From positions 1-55,724 of IMG/VR virus record IMGVR_UViG_3300014822_000096: DNA of 55,724 nt, one strand, 5' to 3'. The position numbers and the translations under genes were made by a program. This document shows, one piece after another, positions 1 to 9,836 of the stretch (positions are counted from its first letter, which is position 1; each line of letters begins with the position of its first letter). The notes below the pieces were generated by a model that worked only from the letters and a program-made list of their open reading frames with translations, did no database searches and was not told the DNA's origin. Source of the stretch: a virus (taxonomy: Duplodnaviria > Caudoviricetes).

Positions 1-99
1 CATGAGCGGCGACGTGTACGTTGGGATGTTTCGGAATCGTACGGTGCAGCTGGTGGATCAGTGCATTTTGTCTGCTGTTGAGACAGGTGACGAGATCGC
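1..99. repeat. 99-bp terminal direct repeat (circular assembly overlap), copy 1
   Basis: 1-99 is identical to 55626-55724. Confidence 0.97.
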
Positions 100-577
100 T
101 GAAGGTGTGATCAGACCGGCTGCGATTGCGATCATCGCTATGCGGAAGGATGGATCAGAGAGCGGTTCGGACTATGTTGCGCTCTTTGAGCACAACGACG
201 ATGTGCTGAATGGCTGTGAAACGACGCGGAAGATCACGGATGAGGGTCAGCGTGAATCTATGGAGGGACTTGCTCTGGCGTATTCACTGGGAATCACTGA
301 GCAGGCTGTCGCGCTGGCTGTGTCGGCGGTGTTTCATGCGGCCATGAAGAATATGATGAGCGACATGATTCAGGATGGCAAGGTGCTTGATAAGCAACAA
401 TATCGTGATGTGGTGCGGGGTACTCTTCAGATGGTCAAGGAAGGCGTGGACGAAGCTTTAGATGTGAGTTATGAGGCGTTCTCGCGGCACGCTGATGCGT
501 TCCTGGAGCATGTAAAGCAGCTGAAGGATGCTGGAAAGGGCGACGACGCTGGAAATATTGGGCGTGGTCGGCTATAG
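2..577 (+). CDS. hypothetical protein at the circular junction
   Basis: 191-aa ORF; upstream context at the other end reads GGAGGT-ATG-ACC-ATG (55615-55629). Confidence 0.75.
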   Translation: MSGDVYVGMFRNRTVQLVDQCILSAVETGDEIAEGVIRPAAIAIIAMRKDGSESGSDYVALFEHNDDVLNGCETTRKITDEGQRESMEGLALAYSLGITEQAVALAVSAVFHAAMKNMMSDMIQDGKVLDKQQYRDVVRGTLQMVKEGVDEALDVSYEAFSRHADAFLEHVKQLKDAGKGDDAGNIGRGRL

Positions 578-676
578 TTGAGGCATATGGGCCTGGTCCT
601 GTGCCCCGAGGCGTCGCGAAAACAGGACCTGGTGGAGGCTCGGGGAGCACGGACACGTGCACCCTGCGCGGCCCTG

Positions 677-706
677 GCCCGTCGGGGAGACTCGGCGGGC
701 TATTTT
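677..706 (+). terminator. intrinsic terminator
   Basis: GCCCGTCGGG-GAGA-CTCGGCGGGC hairpin followed by TATTTT. Confidence 0.65.
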
Positions 707-858
707 ACTTTCGGGGCGGTTCAGTATCGTTAGCTTGGGGTAACGATACTTTCGGTCACGTTTGGCGAGCTGATCGAGGTCGTGAGGTGAAACGACGGCG
801 GACGCGTCGGTTGCGCGCCCGCCGCCGTACTGAGGGGCAGATGCTGGTTGTGTTGTGA

Positions 859-930
859 AGCGGCTGAGAGGAGTCGAACCTCCGTCTTCGGATTATTGCA
901 TCCGAGGCTCTGCCGTTGAGCTACAGCCGC
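859..930 (-). tRNA. tRNA or tRNA-like gene with 8-nt anticodon loop, identity undetermined
   Basis: Reverse complement folds as a cloverleaf: acceptor GCGGCTG/CAGCCGC, TA, D-arm GCTC-AACGGCA-GAGC, anticodon stem TCGGA/TCCGA with loop TGCAATAA, T-arm GGAGG-TTCGACT-CCTCT, discriminator U, no encoded CCA. Confidence 0.85.
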
Positions 931-1269
931 AAAACCGATGGTGAGCGCGAACCCGCCTCCGGCTGGAGAGAGCAACCCTCGCAAGAGGGCAGATGCGGGA
1001 ACCCGTCGGCGAGAGTGGCGGCCCTCGCCGACAGGGAAGAATAGAGAAAGGCCGTCGGCAGGATAGGGTGGCTTGGGGGCAGTGTCAAGTGCAGGGTAGC
1101 TTTGTTAGGGAACGGGCGTTTTCTAAAAAAGCGTCGTGGGCTTTGATAGTAAACTTGCGGTGGCCTGGTGTGTGGTGGAGGTGTGGGTCATCGGTAGAGA
1201 TGATGGGATGGGGTGTTGGGCGGGGGTTGGGCGGGGTGAACAGCCCGTGTGGATGGATGCGGTGGGGGT

Positions 1270-1590
1270 GGTCTTGCGCGCTTGCATGCGCGCTTTGCGC
1301 GGGTGGAAATGGGCGTGGACCCGCGATTGGAGGCTGTGAGGGGCGATTTTGTCTGGTTTGCGCGCTTTGCGCGGTTTCCGGCTCTATTCTTTTTATATAA
1401 GCGCGTACGCGCGTGCGCGCGGGCGCGCGTAGGTATATAGGGAGTCTCGCGCTTTCTCTTATATATATATTTTCTTCTAGGCGCGCAAAGCGCGCAAAGA
1501 GGACATAGAAATGGGCCTGGGAGGCTGTGAGGGGCGATTTTGGGGCCGAGGCGGGGAGGAGTAGAAGTGGACAAAGCGCGCAAAGTGGAC
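1270..1590. other. probable replication origin or genome-end processing region
   Basis: AT-rich TATATA tracts (about 1390-1478) in a GC-rich genome, flanked by GCGCGCTTTGCGC on the left and inverted GCGCGCAAAG on the right; direct repeat GGAGGCTGTGAGGGGCGATTTTG at about 1329 and 1520; lies downstream of the helicase. Confidence 0.5.
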
Positions 1591-2126
1591 ATGTGGATGG
1601 GGTGTATGACTGGGTAGGATGGATTGGGGCGTGGATGGGAACGGTATTGGGATGGAGGCATTCTGGTGGGGGGAGGGCTTCGGAGGGCTGGCTGTGGCGG
1701 CGATGGGTGGGGCAGGGAGGGGTCAGGATAGGGTGCGGGACGGATGGCGTGAGACGGCGTTCTCGTGGCTCTGACGGGATGTTAGGTGTGTGTGGGGGAG
1801 ATGGGTATGGGATGCGGGGTGCGCTGGGGTAGGGTGAGAGGTGTGCGCCTGTGGGTGTGGTGTGTGGGGACCGGTGAGAGGTGGGGGAGGGGTTTCGTCC
1901 CCCATCCACCGCCGCGTCGCGGGGGGTGCTCGCCCCCCTCCTCCTACGATTCCGTCGGACGATAGAACGCTGGGTGATATAAACTGCCGCCTTTCTATTG
2001 GGCGATTGTATGGTAGGCGGTTATTGTCCTACGTATGTATGCGCCGATGCGGCTACCCGATCGGATGCCGAACGGATCGCGCGCATGTTAGGACATGCAA
2101 ACTTGCACTTTTTTTCAACTATTCAC

Positions 2127-2154
2127 TTGACAATCGCCGATGCTGTGGTATAGT
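2127..2154 (+). promoter_or_regulatory. sigma70-type early promoter
   Basis: TTGACA-16 nt-TATAGT, TG extended -10, T-rich upstream tract. Confidence 0.75.
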
Positions 2155-2239
2155 GATGATGGTCGGGCAGCGTGCCCGATCGACGCACGCACCAGCGCCG
2201 TCTCGGCAAGCGTCGAGGCGGCGCACTGGAGGATCGACA

Positions 2240-2668
2240 ATGGCGACGACGACGAAGCAAGCGCCGAAGCAGGTGCCCGAGCAGGCGGTGACGCCAACAA
2301 GCCTTCGGAAGGCGTATGACGGCTTCCTGAAGGCGACGGGAGCGCTTGAGCAGGCGGCGTCGGCCGTCAGGGCGCCTGCTCAGGCGTCGAAGCTCAGCGC
2401 CTACTTGGAGCTGAGCGCTGAGAGCACGGTGGAGGCTGTCGAGCAGGCGCTTCCGCGCTTGCTGGCAGCAATCGAAGGCGCAAGGCGTGCAGCGGAGCAG
2501 CTGCATGCTGTCGCCAGTCAGAGTCCGTCTGACTGGAACATCCATTCCAGTACTGGCGCGCAGTTGAACCCGCAGCGGCTCGTGAACATCGCACGCGGAT
2601 CGGCACTTCGCAGCGAAGCTACCGAAAACGCCCGCATCGTGCGGGCGGATCGGGCGTCGCTCAATTGA
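2240..2668 (+). CDS. early hypothetical protein (142 aa, helical)
   Basis: GGAGG then ATG at 2240 (MATTTKQAPK), downstream of the promoter. Confidence 0.8.
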   Translation: MATTTKQAPKQVPEQAVTPTSLRKAYDGFLKATGALEQAASAVRAPAQASKLSAYLELSAESTVEAVEQALPRLLAAIEGARRAAEQLHAVASQSPSDWNIHSSTGAQLNPQRLVNIARGSALRSEATENARIVRADRASLN

Positions 2669-4051
2669 GCGATAGCGCGTCTACGCCCAACGGCGTAGGC
2701 GTGCTTTTACATAGTCGGCAGCGTGCCGCCTACGCTGCCGACGTACGGAATAGGCGGCCGCCTAGTCGGCGCAAGCGGCTTGGCGACGTACTGGACGGGC
2801 TTCGCGCATCGCCTATAATGCGCGCAGTCTATCCGGTCCGTCGGCCGGGCTGGGCGGCCTGCATCGGGCGCGATAGCGTCTACGTCGGCCAGTGATTCGC
2901 TCTACCTACACTGGTATAGTGGATCGCTTGCCCGCGGAACCCGCGCTATTCCCCACTACATCCTCTACGAATAGCGCATCGCGTAGTCGGCGACAGCCTG
3001 CTACCTATTATCCTACGGTAGTATGGCGCAAAGCAGGCCTGCCCGCACGTCGAGCCGTGCGCATGGTAGCCGATGATTCGCCTGTCGGATAAGCTCGCGG
3101 TCCCGCCGCCTATTCCGCCGAGTAGGCGGCGTGGAAGGGGCGCATCGGCGCGCGTCTAGCGTCCGGCGCCACCCGTCCGTACCCTGGCCGCATCCGCTAC
3201 CCCTATCCAGCGGACGGCAAACCCTCACAACGGACGGTCACCGGCCCGAGGCGCAGGGCCCCTATACGCGACCGCATAGCCCTACACGGGGCGAATACCC
3301 CGATCCGGTATTCCCTCGGCTCCCTGCGGTGTAAGCCGTACTACGCCCGACGCGACCACTCCACCTCATCCCATGCCCTACTGCCCGCATCCCCGCACGC
3401 TCCGCGCACAGCGCGACCATGCGGCCCATGCGGACCCTGGTAGGGCGACAGGACCCATAGGCCCCGCCCGTCCTACCGGATGAGCGGGGCCATTCGCACG
3501 CCCCCTCCCGTAGCGGAGCGGTTCCGCCGCGAGAGGCCTACACGGAGGCTCTCTATGCAACACCTCCGTAAGTCCGGCCCCGTCTACGGGGCCTGCCCTG
3601 TGCTCCGTCACCCGACGGAGGCATACCACAGCGCCCCCCTCCCCCGTCCCCGAGGCGGGGCGCCCACGGTGGACGACATACCTGCAGCCCGTGCCGCCCG
3701 CGCACGGGTCCGTCGTTCACCGCGTCGGGGCCAGATCGAAACTCGAATCTGGCCCCACCCGGCCACGGGACGGCGTCGCCCGCGCCGTCCCCGCAACCGA
3801 ACGGCGCGGGCCCGAACCCGCGCCCACGCGGCTCTCGAGGCCTGGGCCCGTGACGCCGCCCTGCAGGCCGCCCTGGCCCGCATCAGGGCGGCCCGCTGAC
3901 CCCCTACCCCCTACCCCCTATCCTCCTACGCAGTCCACCGCTGCCTAGGTGTTTTCCATGCGCCTGTGACGGTCACCGACGCACTGCACGCATCGCCCCT
4001 CTACCCACACACCCTGCTGTGGGAGGGGGGCCTTACTCCAAGGAGTCCGCT

Positions 4052-4384
4052 ATGGCCATTCGCGGAGGAAACGTGTATCTCCCGTCCCCCACGACGGTAG
4101 TCATCGCCCGCTGGCTCTCGTCGATGTACGAGGACGCCAGCCCTCACATGGACTACCACCACTGCCCTCCGGAGGAGCAGCCTCCGGAGGTGCAGCTGTC
4201 CTATGCTCGGCGTATTGTTGCCGAGCTGTCGCAGCAGGAGGCCGCCGGTCACCTCTGGGGCCTGGAGCAGCTCCAGATGGGCGAGACTGCCCTCGCCCAA
4301 GCCCTCCGCGAGAGGGCGGGAAGGCTCCGATATTCTCCGGAGCGGAGGGACTACATCGAGGTTCAGGAGGAGGTGCAGACATGA
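4052..4384 (+). CDS. hypothetical protein
   Basis: AAGGAG then ATG at 4052; ATGA-coupled to the next gene. Confidence 0.75.
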   Translation: MAIRGGNVYLPSPTTVVIARWLSSMYEDASPHMDYHHCPPEEQPPEVQLSYARRIVAELSQQEAAGHLWGLEQLQMGETALAQALRERAGRLRYSPERRDYIEVQEEVQT

Positions 4385-4665
4385 CTCCTCCGCCACTCAT
4401 CGTCACCCGCCACTCCGGCGTAGTCGAATGGCTGCGCCAGCGTGGCATCGAGGGCGAGGTCGTCTCCCATGCCTCGCCCGACACCGTGCGGGAGCGCGTC
4501 GTCTACGGCGTGCTCCCACTCCACCTTGCGGCGGAGGCGGAGGAGGTCATCGCTATCGACCTCCCCAACCTCCGCCCTGACCAGCGGGGCAAAGACTTGA
4601 GCCCCGCCGAAATGGACTCGGCCGGCGCTCGTCTGCGCCGGTACCGCGTAGAGGCGCTAGATTGA
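4381..4665 (+). CDS. csx16: Csx16-like (VVA1548 family) protein, candidate cyclic-oligoadenylate ring nuclease
   Basis: 94 aa with IVTRHSGVVEWL, VYGVLPLHLAA and RGKDLSPAEM..AGARLRRYRV, the Csx16 family pattern. Confidence 0.8.
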   Translation: MTPPPLIVTRHSGVVEWLRQRGIEGEVVSHASPDTVRERVVYGVLPLHLAAEAEEVIAIDLPNLRPDQRGKDLSPAEMDSAGARLRRYRVEALD

Positions 4666-4755
4666 CTGCCACCCCTCGTCTGGAGTCTCCAGACGAGGGT
4701 TTTCATGGGCCTGTGTGGCCCGCAGGATAGGAGATGCACAAGTAAGGAGGTGCAC

Positions 4756-5196
4756 ATGAATCTGCCAGACGGCAAGTGGCTGATCCTCGATGACGATCGC
4801 GGGGACCGCTATGTGGAGGTGCTCAACGGCAAGGTTCTGCCTGAATCCTCGCGGGTGAAGGTGCGGAACTTGCTGTTGGATTGGATGACGCAATACGTCC
4901 ATGAAATGAGGACATATCGCGTCGTCTGCCCGCATAGGGCAGACAGGCCCGCCATCCGTCTGACGCGTGAGCAGGCTGAAAGCGCCATCCAGGGTCCCTA
5001 CGAGGTGGTCCCTTGGTGGCGTGATTCCTCGTTCCTCTACGACGAGGAAGGGAACGTGTACGTCGAGGTGTACCTCGACGACGATGGCCCTGCCTCGTTG
5101 GTGCGGGTGGAGGTGTCGCCGATCCCTTCGCCAAGCGCGTCGAAGACCGAGCGCGAGTTGGTGGAGGAGGTGCGTGAGTTGTCCGAGGTCGAATAA
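4756..5196 (+). CDS. hypothetical protein, paralog of 5980-6474
   Basis: AAGGAGG RBS; LPDGKWL...YVEV...AIQG...YVEV shared with the paralog. Confidence 0.8.
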   Translation: MNLPDGKWLILDDDRGDRYVEVLNGKVLPESSRVKVRNLLLDWMTQYVHEMRTYRVVCPHRADRPAIRLTREQAESAIQGPYEVVPWWRDSSFLYDEEGNVYVEVYLDDDGPASLVRVEVSPIPSPSASKTERELVEEVRELSEVE

Positions 5197-5208
5197 GGAG
5201 ATGCTGGC

Positions 5209-5391
5209 ATGACTCGCATCGAGCGCGACCTGATGGAGTACTGCGGTCTGACTCGCGCTGAGGCGGAGCAGGCGCAGGACGATCTGTGGGACTTGGCCAA
5301 GATTGCCGCCGAGACTGGCGACGATGGCGTGCTGATCGAAGATCTGGAGAGCTTCGGTCTCGACGAGAGGTACGCAGATGACCTTCTCTGA
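5209..5391 (+). CDS. small acidic protein
   Basis: AAGGAG RBS; 60 aa, D/E-rich. Confidence 0.7.
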   Translation: MTRIERDLMEYCGLTRAEAEQAQDDLWDLAKIAAETGDDGVLIEDLESFGLDERYADDLL

Positions 5392-5442
5392 TGACTGTGG
5401 GAGGGAGGTCACACCCGCACACACCACACAGGAGGACCACAT

Positions 5443-5847
5443 ATGACCGATCCTCAACAGCGCGCCGATGACCTCTGCATCGACGACGCACTGGACCTGC
5501 TGGACCTCGTCGGCGACGAGGACTACCGAGCACTGGCCAAGGCTGCGGACGAAATCCGCATCGTCTCCAAGCTCCAACGTGGCGCCTATCTCCGCACATC
5601 CCGCGGCCAGGCCTACGCCATCGACGAACCCGCCTACGAAGGCGTAATCATCCGCCGCATCGGCTACAAGATGCCCGACGGCTCCCTGGAATACGAGGTG
5701 CGCAGGGTCCCCGACCCCGTCCCCGACGCCGTCGCAGCCATCGAGCGCATCCTGGCCAAATACGGCCTGCGCTTCGAGCGCGCCCCCAACGATTCCGCCT
5801 CCGTCGGCTATGCTGTCGGCATCAACGGGAGTCGCATCCCCGTCTGA
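5443..5847 (+). CDS. hypothetical protein, paralog of 6461-6886
   Basis: AGGAGG RBS; DAVAAIERILAKYG matches DAVNSILRIYG. Confidence 0.8.
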   Translation: MTDPQQRADDLCIDDALDLLDLVGDEDYRALAKAADEIRIVSKLQRGAYLRTSRGQAYAIDEPAYEGVIIRRIGYKMPDGSLEYEVRRVPDPVPDAVAAIERILAKYGLRFERAPNDSASVGYAVGINGSRIPV

Positions 5848-5979
5848 CCTCGCTCTCTCTCCCTCTCCTCCGGAGGGCTCGGGCCTAGCGGCTCGGGCCC
5901 TCTGTTGCCGCACACCACAGCACGCACCCTGCACGTCCTCACCCTCACCCTCGGACGTGCACACACAGGAGGATCACAC

Positions 5980-6474
5980 ATGATCTCTCTGCCCAATGGT
6001 AAGTGGCTTGTCCCCAAGCCAGACGGAGACTTCAGCTACGTCGAAGTTGTCGATGGAGAAGTCGTCATCAACGACGACGACAAGATCGTCCGAGACGTAA
6101 TGCGCAACTGGGCATCCCGCTACAACAAAGACCGTGACGCGTACCGAGTAATCGCACCCAAGTACGGCGACATTCACCCACACAAGCTCAACGAATACGA
6201 GCTTCTCAGCGCCATCCAAGGCCTCAACGTGGAAGTCCACCCGTACTGGCCTGGACGTTTCGGACAAGACGAGCTCGGCGACGCCTACGTCTTCATCGAC
6301 ATCAGCCCTGACGATTCCGGCGATTACCACTGGGTCGAAGTAAAAGTCAACCCAGTGCCCAGCGACGGGCTCGTCGGCGGACCTGTCGGCGTCGAACGAT
6401 TCCGCCGGCAGGTGCGTGACCTGCTGGACAAAGCACGCACCCCCAAAGAGGAGCGCACCCATGCCGAAGCATGA
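5980..6474 (+). CDS. hypothetical protein, paralog of 4756-5196
   Basis: AGGAGG RBS; MISLPNGKWL. Confidence 0.8.
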   Translation: MISLPNGKWLVPKPDGDFSYVEVVDGEVVINDDDKIVRDVMRNWASRYNKDRDAYRVIAPKYGDIHPHKLNEYELLSAIQGLNVEVHPYWPGRFGQDELGDAYVFIDISPDDSGDYHWVEVKVNPVPSDGLVGGPVGVERFRRQVRDLLDKARTPKEERTHAEA

Positions 6475-6886
6475 CAAGACCAGCACAGCGAACGAGCTGC
6501 GAGTGACCCTCCAAGAGGCCATCCCAGAGCTGCTCACCTCTGACCGTATCGCCCTTCGCAACTTGGCACGCAGACTTCACGAGATCGACGAGTACGCGTG
6601 CGGCATGCACTGCAACACACGATTCGGTCGTGCCCTGGTCGTCGACGAGTACGACGACGACGGCAAACTCTGGCGATGCTACTACTACGAGCGCAACCTC
6701 CCCACCCGCCGCATCCCGCTCAAGCGAGGGGACGATCCCGATTGGGTCTCCGACGCCGTCAACTCCATCCTCCGCATATACGGCGCAACCTTCCACAAGA
6801 CGTGCCGTGACCCCCGAGGACCAGTCGGCTACATCCGCCGTGAGCGTGACGGTCAGGTTCTCGTCGCCGCCCTCGTCTGGTATTGA
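6461..6886 (+). CDS. hypothetical protein, paralog of 5443-5847
   Basis: GAGGAG RBS; ATG at 6461. Confidence 0.8.
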   Translation: MPKHDKTSTANELRVTLQEAIPELLTSDRIALRNLARRLHEIDEYACGMHCNTRFGRALVVDEYDDDGKLWRCYYYERNLPTRRIPLKRGDDPDWVSDAVNSILRIYGATFHKTCRDPRGPVGYIRRERDGQVLVAALVWY

Positions 6887-7566
6887 CGCTACCATTCAGC
6901 GTCATGGGCGACACAGGCCTGCTCCAGCCTGCCTCCATCACGTCCGTAGCGCCGGGCAAGCCGTGGACCTCGCTATCCCTTGGTCGTGTGATCGACGCAC
7001 AACTCGCCATCGCCACGCTCACCGGCGACAACGTGACCACCGTTGACGAAGCCGAACACGTCCGTTACTCCGGCCTCACCTTCCCGCCCAACGCCACGCC
7101 TGAAGACACCGCAGCCATCGTCGGCGTCATCGTCTCCTACACCGCCTCCTACGTCAAAGACATCCCACAATGCATCGTGGCCGGCCTGGTCCAACTCCGT
7201 AAACCCGACGGCTCCGGCGGCTCCACGCTCGTCGGCGACGTGAAGGCCAACAACTGGCTCACCCTCTCGGGCTCCTCCTACTCCCTCGGCGGCGTTTCCG
7301 ACGATTGGAACGCAGGCCTCCTAGGCTGGCACGTCAAGGACCCCGCCTTCGCCGTCGAACTCACCGTCCGTGGCTTGCGTGACGCAGGCAACACGGGCAC
7401 GTGGCAGTGCCGAGCCCTCCTCGACGGCCTCCTCATCGAGTTCATCTACGACACGCCGCCTCCGCCTCCTCCTCCTCCGCCTCCTCCCCCCGTGGCGCCC
7501 AACACGCCCTTCCTCTACCCCGCCCCACGCACAGCGCCCGGCAATCCACGCATCGGACTCGCCTGA
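6883..7566 (+). CDS. beta-rich domain protein with P12 linker (paralog 1)
   Basis: AAIVGVIV and LGGVSDDWN motifs shared with 7594-8343 and 25913-26560; start uncertain (TTG). Confidence 0.75.
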   Translation: MTLPFSVMGDTGLLQPASITSVAPGKPWTSLSLGRVIDAQLAIATLTGDNVTTVDEAEHVRYSGLTFPPNATPEDTAAIVGVIVSYTASYVKDIPQCIVAGLVQLRKPDGSGGSTLVGDVKANNWLTLSGSSYSLGGVSDDWNAGLLGWHVKDPAFAVELTVRGLRDAGNTGTWQCRALLDGLLIEFIYDTPPPPPPPPPPPPVAPNTPFLYPAPRTAPGNPRIGLA

Positions 7567-7593
7567 CCTACACCCACGGACACACGCATCGAC

Positions 7594-8343
<750 letters not shown>

Positions 8344-8406
8344 CCTGTCCCACTCAACGGGAGTCGCACGCACTCGGGACACGCCCATACGGGCACGGAG
8401 GACATC

Positions 8407-9288
8407 ATGTCCGAGACCAAACTCGACGCCACTGTCGGCGCCAACTTCGGCTCGATCGTCGTGCCGAACATCTTCAAGCATCTTCGCGCTGGCCTCAAGG
8501 TTGACAGCGATGACAATACACCGATGGCCAGCGCCTTCCGGTCCATCTTCATCCAGCGCACAGCCGACGGCAAGTGCTACATGGCGTCAACTGGCGGCAA
8601 AACTCTTCGCGTCGTCCACTGGTGCGAGACGCCGCCTGATGGCGCACCGCCTTATCCGTTCAAGCCTCTGCGATTTCTGATAGACTCTGCAACATCAGAC
8701 ATTTGCAAGGACCGATCCGGCAGTAATGAAGTCGCTGAGATCACACTCCTCAGCGAGCCATCGGAAATCACGCCCGCACAGGTCACCATATCCGGACCAC
8801 GCAATTCCGCAACAAAACACTATGACATCATTACAGATCACGACGTGCTCAGCGTTTGGGACACGTCGTCAACGAGCAAGACTCCTATGTGGTTTTCCGT
8901 ACTGCCGACACAGAACACATATGACTATTCCTACAAAGCCCCGCACCACATGACTGTCAACCCAAAATATCTCTACGAGAGCAGCAGGTTCTTCGTCTCT
9001 CTCTACAAACACTTCGGCATACACTACAACGAATCCGTCGTTGTCGGTGTGCCTCGAAAGGAGACTGGAGCCACACTCCACCTCTCCGAAACTTTGAACG
9101 CCGACGACGATCGCTTTGCTTCCATCATCGTCTCCGTTATAGTCGTTGGCATCGACGACACAGCGGAGGACGGCGTAATCGTCCACCTGCCTCGCGAACT
9201 CCCCAACCCATCACCTGACACACAGGAATCGCAGACAACCACCCCCTCCCCTGCTGTGGGAGGGGGGTCCACAGGGGACACACCATGA
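8407..9288 (+). CDS. hypothetical protein, possibly a divergent sliding-clamp (beta) fold
   Basis: GGAGG RBS; MASTGGKTL resembles VATDGHRL and VNPKYL resembles FNxxYL of DnaN. Confidence 0.45.
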   Translation: MSETKLDATVGANFGSIVVPNIFKHLRAGLKVDSDDNTPMASAFRSIFIQRTADGKCYMASTGGKTLRVVHWCETPPDGAPPYPFKPLRFLIDSATSDICKDRSGSNEVAEITLLSEPSEITPAQVTISGPRNSATKHYDIITDHDVLSVWDTSSTSKTPMWFSVLPTQNTYDYSYKAPHHMTVNPKYLYESSRFFVSLYKHFGIHYNESVVVGVPRKETGATLHLSETLNADDDRFASIIVSVIVVGIDDTAEDGVIVHLPRELPNPSPDTQESQTTTPSPAVGGGSTGDTP

Positions 9289-9809
9289 AACTTCCAGAAC
9301 AATGGGAGATATGTCCTGTCTTGAAGTCTGAAGAAGACGCGGATGCATATATCCTTAGACTAGCGAATGCGATTCATCTTGGATATAACAGCAAAGCAAG
9401 AATAGTGACTACAGATGTAAGTCCACATCCAACGAACTGCGGTTTCGAGTTGTCAGCATATGATGTAATGATGGACTTCAGAAAGACAAACGAAGGATTT
9501 TATGTCGTATATCCCTGGATAGTGAATTCCGTAGTTCGTTCCTTGTCTTGGCCGTTTGACATTGAGGAAAAAGCCAAGACCGTGGACATCAAGTCTCGCT
9601 TGTTGCGTGCATACATAATGACAGGATGCTTCTCGATAGACGCTGCCGTTGAACTGTGGGAACAAGCGCCGGTGCATTTATATGATGACGATTGGGACAA
9701 TATCGAACAAATGTGTCGAATCATAGAGATTGTACAAAGTCGCGCTGAGTTTGAGAATGTCGCTCGAAAGGTGATGGACGCTGTCAAGTCTATCATATAT
9801 CCCGATTGA
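9285..9809 (+). CDS. hypothetical protein (lower GC)
   Basis: ATGA-coupled ORF, 174 aa. Confidence 0.7.
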   Translation: MKLPEQWEICPVLKSEEDADAYILRLANAIHLGYNSKARIVTTDVSPHPTNCGFELSAYDVMMDFRKTNEGFYVVYPWIVNSVVRSLSWPFDIEEKAKTVDIKSRLLRAYIMTGCFSIDAAVELWEQAPVHLYDDDWDNIEQMCRIIEIVQSRAEFENVARKVMDAVKSIIYPD

Positions 9810-9836
9810 TGCCAAGAACTGCTAAGGAGACACGCC

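Noticed and set aside
993-2239. ORFs 993-1400, 1085-1909 and the long 1841 start
   Set aside because: They are low-complexity translations of G-rich noncoding DNA with no RBS, and the promoter at 2127 lies inside the 1841 extension.
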